Made by a program: the position numbers and the translations under genes
Shown: positions 38,402-48,935 of the stretch, piece after piece
How positions within the stretch are numbered: the first letter of the stretch is position 1
How the letters are laid out: every line of letters begins with the position of its first letter
The notes under the pieces: generated by a model
Database searches by the model: none
Seen by the model: only the letters and a program-made list of their open reading frames with translations
What the model was told of the DNA's origin: nothing
From: a virus
Taxonomy: Duplodnaviria; Caudoviricetes
Strand: one strand, 5' to 3'
Length of the DNA: 64,000 nt
Virus record (IMG/VR): IMGVR_UViG_3300028914_000003
Coordinates: 32,001-96,000 of that record

Positions 38402-38953
38402 GTTATCTGATTATAAAAATGAAATTTTTTCGCGTAGTTATCAAATTATCTGGCAGTTCCAAAAACCAAAAATAAAACATATTTCGCTGATTATCAGTTA
38501 TTTACACACTATTTTTGCGGTTATTTTTTTATTTCTTCTTAGGAAAAGTATATGAAAAAATAAATAAAAAAACATATAATATGTATATAACTATCTGATA
38601 ATCAATCTTTTTCTTTATTTGTTTATATTTATTTTATTAAATGTGGAGTGCGAGGAGTGCCGTATACATGCGGTGAGTTTGCTTGATGAATAACGGAAGT
38701 TCTTCATGTTGTACTTTTACTTTTTATATACTTTTATCTGAAAAACGCCTTTTTCAGATAACTGCCCTATTTTCATAGTATAACATACTGATAACCAGTA
38801 TAGTTACGAGTTATCTGAACGTCAGATAACTAAACGCCAAAAAACCGCCAAAAATACATTGTAACATTCTGATTTTCAGCAGTTCCACAAATTTATCAAA
38901 ACAGTTATTTTTTTGCATTTGATTTATGGAAATCATGGCATTTTCAGATAACT
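38402..38953. promoter_or_regulatory. AT-rich region with repeated GTTATCTGA/TCAGATAAC boxes
   Basis: Copies at about 38402, 38734, 38754 and 38944, plus palindrome AGTTATCTGA-acg-TCAGATAACT at 38809-38831. Confidence 0.55.
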
Positions 38954-39033
38954 GTCAAATCATTTGTCGCGTATGGAAAAGTTTTCGTACCTTTGCACAG
39001 CGGCAGCAGTGTCGCCCCTTAAACTACAAACCT

Positions 39034-39657
39034 ATGGATAAGAGTTTCAGACTGCCGGCAGTTGCCTGGCTTCGCGTCGCCGACTATCAGCATAGCTGGC
39101 TGCAGCGTGAGCTTGGAGGAGAACTACGCATCAAGGACCAGAGGGTCATTAGCATCCAGCATCTGCAAGGCGCGCGCGAGGTATTCAGAATGGAGACCTT
39201 CAATGATACCGAACAGACAAGACACGTCTGCAATGCCATGTCTGCGACACGCAGGAACATTATCGAAACCGGTATCAGTATCGACCCCGAGACCACAGAA
39301 CGTCTCTTCGGCGTAACCAAGGAGAACATCGGGTTCTTTCTTCCTATCGAATGCCCGAAGATGTGTATGAACGCAAATGGTGTTCTCAGACCGTGGGCAC
39401 CTGAGACATGCTTCGGAAAACAGCAGGCATCTGAGCTGCAGCTGTTACTGCGCCGTGAGTTCTGGAAGGCCGTGGCCGATTTTGACGCGGCATTTGCCAA
39501 GGAATCAGGTGGAAAGCGCTACCCTATCGCCAGAATGATCGAGGCTTTCTGTGTCCAGACACGCACGCCAGACCTGTATGTAGAAGCCATGAGAAGGGAA
39601 TGGCAGAGAATCGTCCAGAAGGGACGTAAACATCATGCAGCAAAAAAGTTAATGTAA
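39034..39657 (+). CDS. hypothetical protein
   Basis: Likely start MDKSF after a TACCTTTG -7 box at about 38988. Confidence 0.65.
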   Translation: MDKSFRLPAVAWLRVADYQHSWLQRELGGELRIKDQRVISIQHLQGAREVFRMETFNDTEQTRHVCNAMSATRRNIIETGISIDPETTERLFGVTKENIGFFLPIECPKMCMNANGVLRPWAPETCFGKQQASELQLLLRREFWKAVADFDAAFAKESGGKRYPIARMIEAFCVQTRTPDLYVEAMRREWQRIVQKGRKHHAAKKLM

Positions 39658-39684
39658 GTTAAAGGGCGTTACAAACACGCTCTT

Positions 39685-40551
39685 TTACCTGCGCATGTCA
39701 CTGCCTTCCAGCTTGATAGCCCTTGTGATGGCACGCAGGCGACTGATGACTGCAGATCCGTAGCGTTCCTCGATAGACGTCGGATATGGCCATGGGCCTT
39801 TCAATCCAGCAGGCTTCGGTGTCGTACTAAGATTAGTCGTAATAATAAGCAGCTTCCCCTGACGCTCCGCGGCATCGCACAGCTCGAAGAACGGTGTGCG
39901 CCGGTTCCCGTAGGTACGCGTCTCGACAGGTTCCTTTCCGAGGTCATCAATGATGATACAGCGCTCTTTCATCAGTTCGTCGATACGCTGGTTCATCTCC
40001 TGTGCGGACACCGATACATATCTGATTTTCCTCTCTGCCAGAAACGCCGCCAACACCTTACTGCACAGGCACGTCTTCCCGAGTCCAGGTGTTCCTACAA
40101 GGAGCAGCCCCCTACCCTTGTTGTCTGCGAGCCATTCCGCGACGCGGTCATAATCCGGCAGCCACCTGCAGCTGTCACCAATGAAATACCTCAGGCCGTC
40201 CTCCATGCGCTTACGTGCGTTTTCGACTGCGACATGCGGAATCGTCTGTGTACCCTGAAAAGATTCCGTTCCTGACGGCTGCTGCCCGCCACGTTCCTGC
40301 AGGACTCTGTACCTAAGCGTGAATCCGCTGCCAAAAGCCGCTAACAAGATTTCCGACATCAGGCGCTGGCAGAACATCTCCAGATATTCATAGACATAGC
40401 GGCTCGGCACGCGCAAAACCACAACGTTCTGTTCGGCATCATAGCTGTCTATAGCCACGTCCGCGAACCACACGTTGTATATCCGCTCATTATTCACTCT
40501 CTCGCGGATCGCCGCGAGACACTGTTCCCATTTCCTCTGACTCTCTTCCAT
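39685..40551 (-). CDS. DnaA N-terminal domain plus AAA+ ATPase (DnaC/IstB-like helicase loader)
   Basis: WEQCLAAIRERVNNERIYNVWF (DnaA_N); GLLLVGTPGLGKT Walker A; IIIDDLGKE Walker B; IITTNL; RYGSAVISRL. Confidence 0.85.
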   Translation of the reverse strand: MEESQRKWEQCLAAIRERVNNERIYNVWFADVAIDSYDAEQNVVVLRVPSRYVYEYLEMFCQRLMSEILLAAFGSGFTLRYRVLQERGGQQPSGTESFQGTQTIPHVAVENARKRMEDGLRYFIGDSCRWLPDYDRVAEWLADNKGRGLLLVGTPGLGKTCLCSKVLAAFLAERKIRYVSVSAQEMNQRIDELMKERCIIIDDLGKEPVETRTYGNRRTPFFELCDAAERQGKLLIITTNLSTTPKPAGLKGPWPYPTSIEERYGSAVISRLRAITRAIKLEGSDMRR

Positions 40552-40567
40552 GCCGTTTCCTTATTAT

Positions 40568-41764
40568 CTACCATTCTTCCATGTCTACATGCCCGGAAGA
40601 CCGCTGACCGCACGTGTCGACCACCTTCTGAGCTGCCATCTCGTCAATGAAGTTACGCAGAGAGACCAGGGCATGACCGCGGTAGTCGCTGATGGTTACG
40701 CCCTCAATACGTCCTGCACGAACATCTGCGTAATACTGGCGAAGCTCCAGTGCCTTGTCACGCAGCCGTGTGTACTTCGCGGCAGGTATCTGCTTGATAA
40801 GTCTGTTGGCATCCGTCACGTTCAGTCCCAGTGATACGATGCCGGAACGCAAGTCCGTAGCGTCCTGGCTCTCCAGTTGTGCGCGCTTGATGTTTCTACC
40901 CAAGTCCGTTAAGTGTATATGGAACACTATATTCTCCGGCGTACCGCGCTTCTTGCCTGCAGGATACTCGAACTCATAGTCGAAGGTGCAGTCGATGCGG
41001 TCGGCTGCTTCGGCAATCTCCTTGCGGGCTGGCTCCAGCACACGCTTCTTGAAATCGTTGATATCCTTATATTTATCTACCGTCACCTTCTGTGTCGTCT
41101 CGTCATAGGACGTGAGTAGTATCTTTCTCAGTTTCTCGTATGAAATAACCCACCTCTCAAGCTGCTTGTTCGCGTTGATAAGCAGGTATATACGACCGGC
41201 GTAGTTGCTCGAAAACAGGAAGATGGCGTCCTTCAGGTAGCGGTGGTATGGTGTGATATGGAACAAATCCTTTGCCGTCGATTCCGTCATGTGCAGGTAG
41301 ATGTTCTGCCGGCGCTTTCCGGGAATATCCTTGTCGATGTCGATAACAGGAAATGCCACGGTATAACGCATCTTCCCGTCCACCTCCTTCTCATACACGA
41401 TACGCTGCATCGCCTTTGCCGCCACGTCGACATCGCTGTAGTGTGTGGGTTCCACACCCAGTTCCGAGTAAGCCACCTTGAAGGTAAGATACTTTGAGCG
41501 GTCGTCCTGCGAGATAGGCTTATAGTCTTCTGACTCGAACAGGTCGCCGGTAAATCCGACCTTCGCCTTTCTGTCCAGTGCGCGCCTGATTTTGTCCTGC
41601 AGCTTCTCCATGATGGTCGTCTGTATGCGTGTCTGCATCATCGACATCTCGCCGTTCAGGTACGTGATTGTGATAGGCTGCATAATCATCTTACGCTGCT
41701 CTACGGGGACGCTGCTGATAATCTCCTGCTTCAGCTGCTCTGCTTTGCGTGATTTTCGTGCCAT
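40568..41764 (-). CDS. Rep_3-family plasmid replication initiator
   Basis: FSSNYAGRIYLL...ISYEKLRKIL...YKDINDFKKRVLEPARKEI; adjacent iteron array. Confidence 0.8.
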   Translation of the reverse strand: MARKSRKAEQLKQEIISSVPVEQRKMIMQPITITYLNGEMSMMQTRIQTTIMEKLQDKIRRALDRKAKVGFTGDLFESEDYKPISQDDRSKYLTFKVAYSELGVEPTHYSDVDVAAKAMQRIVYEKEVDGKMRYTVAFPVIDIDKDIPGKRRQNIYLHMTESTAKDLFHITPYHRYLKDAIFLFSSNYAGRIYLLINANKQLERWVISYEKLRKILLTSYDETTQKVTVDKYKDINDFKKRVLEPARKEIAEAADRIDCTFDYEFEYPAGKKRGTPENIVFHIHLTDLGRNIKRAQLESQDATDLRSGIVSLGLNVTDANRLIKQIPAAKYTRLRDKALELRQYYADVRAGRIEGVTISDYRGHALVSLRNFIDEMAAQKVVDTCGQRSSGHVDMEEW

Positions 41765-41798
41765 AATAAATGAGTATTGTTGTAACTTTTGGCCGCGA

Positions 41799-42361
41799 AG
41801 TTACAAAAATGTCCGAATAGTTCCAAGCGTTTCAGTATTTATTTTCAGACGGTTAGGCTTATTTAACATTTACAAATAACAAACATAGTTACGTTTTTGT
41901 CCGAGAATAGTTGCGTTTTTGTCCGTGTTCTAACCAGTACTTCCGAAACTGTCCGAATGTGTCATAGTTACGTTTTTGTCCGAGAATAGTTACGTTTTTG
42001 TCCAGAAAGAACTACGGATCTGTCCGGATGCTATTACGCTTTTGTCCGAGTACACTTCCGGAACTGTCCGAATAAAGTTCCGTATATGTCCGAATTACAT
42101 ATTATATATAACTGATTTTCAGTAAGTTGCATAACGACAATATACTATATCTTATATATACCAATAATAAAAATAGAGATTTGTCCGACTCATTCTTTTT
42201 TATTTTTTTTATCTGCAGAGTAAATCCATGTGAAGCGTAAGTATCTGATTATCAGCTCTCCCTTATTTGGGCCTATAATCCGGACACATTTGTAACTTGG
42301 ACAAAAACGTAACTCGGACATTTCAGTAACTCCATTTTCAACTCGGACATTTATGTAACTA
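41799..42361. repeat. iteron array (replication origin)
   Basis: About 10 direct copies of AGTTAC-N5-TGTCCGA (41799, 41887, 41909, 41939, 41966, 41988, 42010, 42032, 42054, 42076; mostly 22-bp period), an AT-rich gap, then 4 inverted copies at 42281-42361. Confidence 0.85.
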
Positions 42362-42514
42362 AAGATGACGACCTTGAAGATAAGTCTTGTCGGCAACACC
42401 TCTCCCCCTACCCCCTCCCCTATGTGGAAGTTAAAAGTGATAAGAGAAAATACAAACCGCCAGACAACGGATGTGCCTGGCGGTGTGAAACGGTGACGGA
42501 TTGTCACTGGTTGC

Positions 42515-44089
42515 TTAGCCCTTCTGATTCTCTTTTTTGAAGGCGTCACGGGCTGCGGCCAGGCCGTACTTGAAGTCCTTCTCCGAGTCGATGCCTGCCG
42601 ACTCCAGGTACCTGACGTAGAGATCGCAGGTCACGTCGTCGTCGCAGCGGACGATACGCTCGCGGGCGAACTTCAGGATGTCGCGCTCGGTGATGAACTC
42701 GGCGTTGAAGGTGACGCTGCGCTGGCTATTGTAATAGTCCTCGAAGGCGCGTATCACATTATCCTTCTCGCCGCGCTGCAGTGCTTCCATGCTGCTGACG
42801 GGCAGCACCACGAGGTTGACCTGCGGGTTATAATCCCAGTTACCGAAGGCTCCGAGGTTGCCACAGATCTGGCAGAAGCAGTCCATGCGCCCCATCAGTC
42901 CCGTCGGCGGGAAGTAGAGCTCCTTACCGGCGATGGTGTTCACCGGGTACTGCAGCTCATGGCGGTGCTTGCGATAGTGGGCGACGGTGAAGTTCAGGTC
43001 CTTGCGCGCCGGAGGCGGCACGTTGAAGTCGGCAGGCGTGAGCGAGCGGTCGTAGAGCAGGCGGTCGAGGTCTGCATCGCCACAGATACGTGCGATGTTG
43101 TAGCCGTTGTGGATGAGCGTGTCAAGCTCCTTGATTTTCGCAGGACCTACGTTGCGCTCTCCACGGATGACGACCTGGATGTTCTTGGTGATGGCCGGCT
43201 TCAGGTCGGCGCCCATCTCCTTCAGTGCCTCGCGCAGCTGCTTGCGCCCGATATGGAAGAAACCTGTCAGCACGACGGCTGCACCGTAGATGGGGTTGGT
43301 ATCGGCTGTATTCAGGCTCGAGTAGTCCACGTCGTCTGTTCCGTCCTCTGACTTGTCGAACTGTTTGTTGTAGAAGGTGGGTGCTGGTGCCGGTTCCACT
43401 GCTCCATCGTCGCCAGACGACGAGCTGGTTGACGCCAGTGCTTCTGCAAACAGGTCGAGCTGCTGTGCCTGATAGTGACGGTTCTTCTCATTCTCTGCCT
43501 CGCGCTTCTTCCTGTCATACTCCGCCATCATGCGATTTGACAGTTCCCAGTCCGGCTGCCTTCCCTGCTGCCAGGCGATGATGGCCTGCGCACACATGAC
43601 AGAGTCCGCTCCTGCGTCGTGGTGGTTCTCGTACGGGATGCCGAGCGCATAGCAGCATGCCTGCAGTCCCCTTCCGTCGTTCCACGACTTCATGCACGGA
43701 CGCGGGAAGAGAAGGATTGACTCGTTGATGACAAGCGGCTCATGTGGGATATGATAGTAGTCGGTGAGATTCTTCTCAATCACCCGCCTCTCGGTGCTGG
43801 TGGCATTGTGCGCCCACAGCTGGCGACCGCGAAGGTAAGGCTCTATCTCCGGCCACACCTCCGGCAGCGTCGGCGAGTCCTCGGTGTCGGCTGGCGTCAT
43901 GTGATGGATGGCCGTCTGGCCTGCTCCGTAGCGGTTGTCCTTCGGTCTGATCTTCCATGTGTGCGGCTGCTGCACCACCCCACCCTTCACCTCGGCCAGC
44001 CCGAACTGGCAGATATACTGGTCGTGGTCTGCATATTCAACGTCGATAACCACGAAGTCGTCTTTAGGTTTTTCGTTATATGTATCCAT
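42515..44089 (-). CDS. DEDDh 3'-5' exonuclease (Pol III epsilon-like) with BRCT domain
   Basis: FVVIDVEYA, WAHNA, HHDAGADS; BRCT-like VVLTGFFHIGRKQLREALKEMGA...GPAKIKE. Confidence 0.85.
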   Translation of the reverse strand: MDTYNEKPKDDFVVIDVEYADHDQYICQFGLAEVKGGVVQQPHTWKIRPKDNRYGAGQTAIHHMTPADTEDSPTLPEVWPEIEPYLRGRQLWAHNATSTERRVIEKNLTDYYHIPHEPLVINESILLFPRPCMKSWNDGRGLQACCYALGIPYENHHDAGADSVMCAQAIIAWQQGRQPDWELSNRMMAEYDRKKREAENEKNRHYQAQQLDLFAEALASTSSSSGDDGAVEPAPAPTFYNKQFDKSEDGTDDVDYSSLNTADTNPIYGAAVVLTGFFHIGRKQLREALKEMGADLKPAITKNIQVVIRGERNVGPAKIKELDTLIHNGYNIARICGDADLDRLLYDRSLTPADFNVPPPARKDLNFTVAHYRKHRHELQYPVNTIAGKELYFPPTGLMGRMDCFCQICGNLGAFGNWDYNPQVNLVVLPVSSMEALQRGEKDNVIRAFEDYYNSQRSVTFNAEFITERDILKFARERIVRCDDDVTCDLYVRYLESAGIDSEKDFKYGLAAARDAFKKENQKG

Positions 44090-44182
44090 AGGTATTATTG
44101 CTTTATTGAATTATTGTGTTACTGCAATATTGCAATAGTGCCGTATTGTTATAATGCCATTATGCACTATTGACGTATTGCG

Positions 44183-44572
44183 TTACATAGACGACGAGCT
44201 GTTGTCTGAGGACTTTCGGCCTTTCCATCCATATCCGTAGGGAAGTCCAAAGGCTTGGTCGTACTGCTCGCTTGTAATGATGCCCTCGGCTTCCAGTCCC
44301 TTCAGTATCAACTCGAAGAAGAAGCGCTTGGCGGTGAGGTCGCGGTCTTCTGCGGCTCGTGATGCCAGGCGGTGGATTGACTTGGGGAGGAAGCACAAGG
44401 CTCCGACAGCTTTCTCAGCGGCCATTCCAGTCGGTTCCGGTATAGAACTCGTAGAGTGGCTATTATCCCCTACCCTACTCTCCATTGCTCGTTTGCGCTG
44501 CAGAATATCTTCCGGAGACTCTCCGAGAATCTGCTGCGACTTTTCCTGTTTGCTTTTTCCAAATGCTGCCAT
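44183..44572 (-). CDS. small ParA partner (candidate ParG/RHH-type centromere-binding protein)
   Basis: Downstream of parA; flexible N-terminus and CFLPKSIHRLASRAAEDRDLTAKRFFFELILKGL (RHH-like). Confidence 0.55.
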   Translation of the reverse strand: MAAFGKSKQEKSQQILGESPEDILQRKRAMESRVGDNSHSTSSIPEPTGMAAEKAVGALCFLPKSIHRLASRAAEDRDLTAKRFFFELILKGLEAEGIITSEQYDQAFGLPYGYGWKGRKSSDNSSSSM

Positions 44573-44574
44573 GG

Positions 44575-44770
44575 CTCTATTTGACTATTTAATATTTATT
44601 GCATTACTGTTTTATTGACTTATTGAACTATTGCATTACTGTTTTATTGCCATATTGCAATATCGTACAACTCTTTTATTGCTTTATCGCAATAGAGCAG
44701 TATTGCAATATCTTATTATTTCATTATCGCCATATTGCATTACTGCACTATTGCATTATTGCAATAATGT
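44575..44770. repeat. parS/centromere-like degenerate TATTGCA repeats (also 44095-44182 and 45660-45710)
   Basis: Many TATTGCA/TGCAATA copies; ATTGCATTACTGTTTTATTG occurs twice; clusters flank parA and its partner. Confidence 0.6.
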
Positions 44771-45592
44771 TTTAGTGCGTTTGACGATTTCATTGGCCAG
44801 CATGGTAAACTCGTCGCGTGACGTGCTTGCACCTGCGATGGAGTAGATGCTGGTGAACTCGCGCTGGCTTTTGGCAACGGCCTCACGCTCGCTTATAACA
44901 ACAGGAAGTACTTGTTTGGCGTACCTGTCTCTTAGCAACTCTTCCGCCTCTCGCTGCCCCTTGATGTTGGACTTGCGGCGTGATATCAGGAAACCGAGGT
45001 TCTGCAGCTCGTCGTTCTCGCTCTCGCGAATCTCCTGGATGTATGCCAGGTAGTTCTGCAGTCCATGAAGAGCAAACCCTTCGAGGTTGATAGGAACAAG
45101 AACGGCATTGACGGCAATAAGGATATTGTCGATGAGTACCTGTGGGCCGACCGGTGAGTCTATCAGGATATAGTCGAAATCATCAATCCAGTCCGTCAGT
45201 CCCTTTCCCGTATGGTCGTCAGGTGCCTTCTGGAGGGCACGCGTCAGTTTCATAGCCGGGTTGCGCATCGTCGGCAGCTGCTGGTCCACCTTGTTCATAA
45301 TAGAGGTGGACGGACAGTAGAAGAGTCCCGACTTGCTCTGGTAGACGGGAATTGGCGCTTCCTCACAGAGTACGTTGTAGATGGTGGGGTAGTGCTGCAG
45401 TTCGAGATCCGGGTCCCATTCCAGGCAGCTGGACAGATTGGCCTGACGGTCCATGTCAATGACCATCACACGGTATCCCTGCAGATGCAGGGCCATGGCC
45501 AGGTTCAGGGTGGTCGTAGTCTTGCCTACGCCTCCTTTGTAGTTGCCGATGCCAATAACAGCACGCAACTGTGTCTTGCGTTTTTTATCCAT
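44756..45592 (-). CDS. parA: ParA-family partition ATPase
   Basis: NYKGGVGKTTT, VIDMDRQANLS, DYILIDSP. Confidence 0.92.
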   Translation of the reverse strand: MDKKRKTQLRAVIGIGNYKGGVGKTTTTLNLAMALHLQGYRVMVIDMDRQANLSSCLEWDPDLELQHYPTIYNVLCEEAPIPVYQSKSGLFYCPSTSIMNKVDQQLPTMRNPAMKLTRALQKAPDDHTGKGLTDWIDDFDYILIDSPVGPQVLIDNILIAVNAVLVPINLEGFALHGLQNYLAYIQEIRESENDELQNLGFLISRRKSNIKGQREAEELLRDRYAKQVLPVVISEREAVAKSQREFTSIYSIAGASTSRDEFTMLANEIVKRTKTLLQ

Positions 45593-45805
45593 AATTGAAA
45601 TGTTTTGTGGAACGGCTATCGGGCCGTCCGGTGTTGTAACTCGGTGCAAAGATAGGAATTATTATTGAAATATTGCAATATTGCAGTAACTTTTTATTGC
45701 AATAATATCGAAAATAAGTATTATTAACATTTGCGTCCAATGCCGTCTGCCCTTGACCATTGTATCTGCTCTATGTATCTTGGGCAAAAAAGATATTTTT
45801 TTATT

Positions 45806-46909
45806 ATGATTCGTAAAATCCAGAGTAGCGAGTACCTTCGTCGTATGGACAATATGACCGCAGGCGAGAAGGGCGAGTACCAGAAGAGGGTAGGGGAGTG
45901 GCTGGACAAGCAGTCTATCCTGTTGATACCCAAGATACAGGATTCTCTATCGGTATTTCAGAACGCAGTACAGTGCAGTATCTTATGGAACGATGCAGAG
46001 TGTAAGGCCTGGTGCGAGGGCGCACAGTTGCTGACAGCACTGGCCGGAAAAGCCGACACATGGCTTCCGGATATGCTTTACGCGAAGTCGGCTAAGAGAA
46101 GCATCAAACAGATGATAAAGAATCTCTCCTCTGTTTTTTCTGCAAGTAAAGAGAACGGCGGCAACGGACGGATGGTTGGCGGAGCAGCGAAGGAGAAAGG
46201 ATACGGGAATGCGGCTCAGGCTCGACCAGAAGTCGAGGTGACGAAAGAGGAGCCTGCGGATGGAACCGGAAGGGCAACGCAGGCCGTAGCCGCTAATCCC
46301 GCTGTATCACAGCAGGGAACTCAACTGAAGCCTGTTCCTGTCCGTCCGAAACACATCGACCAGTATGTACACCTGCTGCCGGAGAGCACGCAGAAGAAGG
46401 CTGCGACGGTACAGGGACTGCTGCGCGAACTGGACGTGGCGCGTGAAAATATGCGTCTACTGATGAACGACCCCAAGTCCAAGAGTGACAGCCGTGCGCA
46501 GTGGGCAAAGATGGCTACGACGCTTGACGCAAAGGTGAAGGCTATCTACAGGGAACTGGATGCAGAGTGGGAGAAGCTGGTACAGTCGGGTAGGGTAACG
46601 GTCGACGATCTCGGCAATGCACATGTTGTGGATGCTCCTGCCGATGGTAGTCCGACAGAAACGGCGGACACCGCGTCATCACAAGAACAGAAAACCGAAC
46701 TGACATCAGAGCAGAAGGCTCAGATCAAATCTCTACGGTCATGGCTGCGTGACACACGCGGCCCGAAAGAGGCTGGCGAGAAGCACGATGCCTATATCAC
46801 CCGCTGGAAGGAGAAATATCAGGAGATGGTGGAGCTCGGCGGCAAGGATACCGTTACGGAGGCTGTCGAGAAGGCTGCGGAGCTGTACGGAATCGAATTG
46901 TCTAACTAA
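45806..46909 (+). CDS. hypothetical protein
   Basis: Likely start MIRKIQ within ORF 45731..46909. Confidence 0.7.
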   Translation: MIRKIQSSEYLRRMDNMTAGEKGEYQKRVGEWLDKQSILLIPKIQDSLSVFQNAVQCSILWNDAECKAWCEGAQLLTALAGKADTWLPDMLYAKSAKRSIKQMIKNLSSVFSASKENGGNGRMVGGAAKEKGYGNAAQARPEVEVTKEEPADGTGRATQAVAANPAVSQQGTQLKPVPVRPKHIDQYVHLLPESTQKKAATVQGLLRELDVARENMRLLMNDPKSKSDSRAQWAKMATTLDAKVKAIYRELDAEWEKLVQSGRVTVDDLGNAHVVDAPADGSPTETADTASSQEQKTELTSEQKAQIKSLRSWLRDTRGPKEAGEKHDAYITRWKEKYQEMVELGGKDTVTEAVEKAAELYGIELSN

Positions 46910-47075
46910 CACAAAAAGATTATGTTCTCAGTACAGAAGAGAGACTTTTTCGGACAGTGGGTGGAAATCTACAGGGCTAACATGTTCCTTGACGCAGAAA
47001 GATTCAAGAACACGTTAGCCAGCGGAACTGCCAGGATCGATGCAAGGATAGTCCAGTTATAAATCGCAGATTAAG

Positions 47076-47627
47076 ATGACATTCTCTTGGATAGTAAGAC
47101 AGTGGTGCAAAGCATACAAGCCGATGCTGGACACACCGAAGAACAGGCGATTCTACCTGACCGACTCGACGGCCGGCGTGGTAGAGCTGGCAAAGGGCGC
47201 GACGCCCATGCTCTCGCCCTGCGTGGTGATGGAGAGCGACGTCTCAGGCGGCGGGCCGGTGGACCGTCCGGTGATGACATACCCGGTGTACTTCTTTGTC
47301 AGGGCCGACAAGATGGCCGACGGTGACGAGGCCGCCGTGGCCAAGGAGACGGCCAAGGAGCATGCCAGGAACTTCGTGGCGTGGCTGAAGATGAAGCACG
47401 ACGAGGAGATTGGCGAGAACCGCGACGGCGACTTCTGCCGTATCGACCTCGACGGCTATGTGGACTACCAGACGGTAGGGCCGCTGGAGAACGGGTGGTA
47501 TGCCGTGCTGGTGCAGCTGGAACGAGAGGAGCCGCTGAACCTGTGTGTCGACGAGAACCTGTATCTCAATGACGACTGCTGTTGTCAGAATGACCACATG
47601 GCTGATGACAAGCAGGATGAACCATAA
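47076..47627 (+). CDS. hypothetical phage protein, possibly tail completion
   Basis: 183-aa acidic beta-rich ORF in the late region. Confidence 0.6.
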   Translation: MTFSWIVRQWCKAYKPMLDTPKNRRFYLTDSTAGVVELAKGATPMLSPCVVMESDVSGGGPVDRPVMTYPVYFFVRADKMADGDEAAVAKETAKEHARNFVAWLKMKHDEEIGENRDGDFCRIDLDGYVDYQTVGPLENGWYAVLVQLEREEPLNLCVDENLYLNDDCCCQNDHMADDKQDEP

Positions 47628-47898
47628 CAGTGACACGGATATGGGAAAGAACTGCTGTAACTGCGGACGTTCGGCTATGCTCGAGAACTGTATGACCGGG
47701 AAGATGTCAAGACGCTGCCGTATCAACGGGAAGCCCGTGAACAGACGCATGTGCTGCGAGGAATGGGCAGAGCCTGGCACAACGCCTGGTTGTGATGCCA
47801 GGAGGCCTGTCTTTGCTATCAGCACGAGAGGCATTCTCTATCAGAAGAAGAGGTAATGGCAAGCCGAGGCTACCAGACAAGATAATACCAATAAGACT

Positions 47899-48237
47899 AT
47901 GGAAAAGGAAGAAAACAGCGGGCCGCAGACGGTGACTGACCTTGATGCGCTGCAGTTGAATGCCGAAGCAGCCGCGAAGGAATTTGGACGGAGATGGATG
48001 TCCGCCCCTAAGTTCACGCTGAACTGTGAGGTCATGGACCAGGCACAGCTGCGCGATGCCATGGGGCTCAGGGCGACCTTCGAGTACGGAGATCCGTGGC
48101 CTGCCGTCGAGGAACTTCTGGTATCCATGGGATTCAGGTGGCATCTGCTGGGCTCTCAGCGTGTCATGTTCCTGATGGAGCGCAAGGACTACACCCCTGA
48201 CACGGGATGGGAGGAAGCAGAGGAAGTTAGTTCATAA
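47899..48237 (+). CDS. hypothetical protein
   Basis: 112-aa ORF. Confidence 0.6.
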   Translation: MEKEENSGPQTVTDLDALQLNAEAAAKEFGRRWMSAPKFTLNCEVMDQAQLRDAMGLRATFEYGDPWPAVEELLVSMGFRWHLLGSQRVMFLMERKDYTPDTGWEEAEEVSS

Positions 48238-48254
48238 TTCTAAAACCATACGAT

Positions 48255-48923
48255 ATGATTACCTACAAACTCGGAAGCACTGGGCCTGTGGTAAAGCAGA
48301 TACAGAAGGCCCTTGGACTGATTCAGGACGGCATTTTCGGCAAGCTCACCCGCGAGGTGCTTATACAGTGGCAGCGCGACCACGGGCTCACGCCAGACGG
48401 CATCGCCGGTCCCGCCACGCTCGCAAAGCTGTTGCCAGAGGCTGCCGCACGCACCATAGGACTGAAGAAATCAAGGCGCAAGATTACGGACATTGTCGTA
48501 CACTGCACAGCCACCAAGGCCGGACAGGACCTGTGTGCTGCAGACATCCGCAGGATGCACAAGCGCCAGGGATGGTCCGATATCGGCTACCACTATGTGA
48601 TTCGTCTGGACGGCAAGATCGAGTTCGGACGAGACGTAGACATTGTCGGTGCTCATGTCAACGGACACAACGCCAACAGTATAGGCATCGTATATGTCGG
48701 AGGCCTTGACAAGGACGGCAAGGCAACGGACACACGCACAGACCTGCAGAAGGCTGCGCTGCGCCACCTGCTCAAAAACATGAGGACAATGTATCCGACG
48801 GCCAGGATAAGCGGACACCGTGATTTCTCTCCAGACAAGAACGGCGACGGTATCATATCGCCATGTGAGTGGATAAAGCAGTGTCCGTGCTTTGACGCGA
48901 AGACCGAATACAGTGATATTTAA
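48255..48923 (+). CDS. endolysin: peptidoglycan-binding domain plus N-acetylmuramoyl-L-alanine amidase
   Basis: DGIFGKLT...GLTPDGIAGPAT; IVVHCTAT, DIGYHYVI, GAHVNGHNANSIGI, GHRD, KQCPCFD. Confidence 0.93.
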   Translation: MITYKLGSTGPVVKQIQKALGLIQDGIFGKLTREVLIQWQRDHGLTPDGIAGPATLAKLLPEAAARTIGLKKSRRKITDIVVHCTATKAGQDLCAADIRRMHKRQGWSDIGYHYVIRLDGKIEFGRDVDIVGAHVNGHNANSIGIVYVGGLDKDGKATDTRTDLQKAALRHLLKNMRTMYPTARISGHRDFSPDKNGDGIISPCEWIKQCPCFDAKTEYSDI

Positions 48924-48935
48924 GAAAGACTTACT

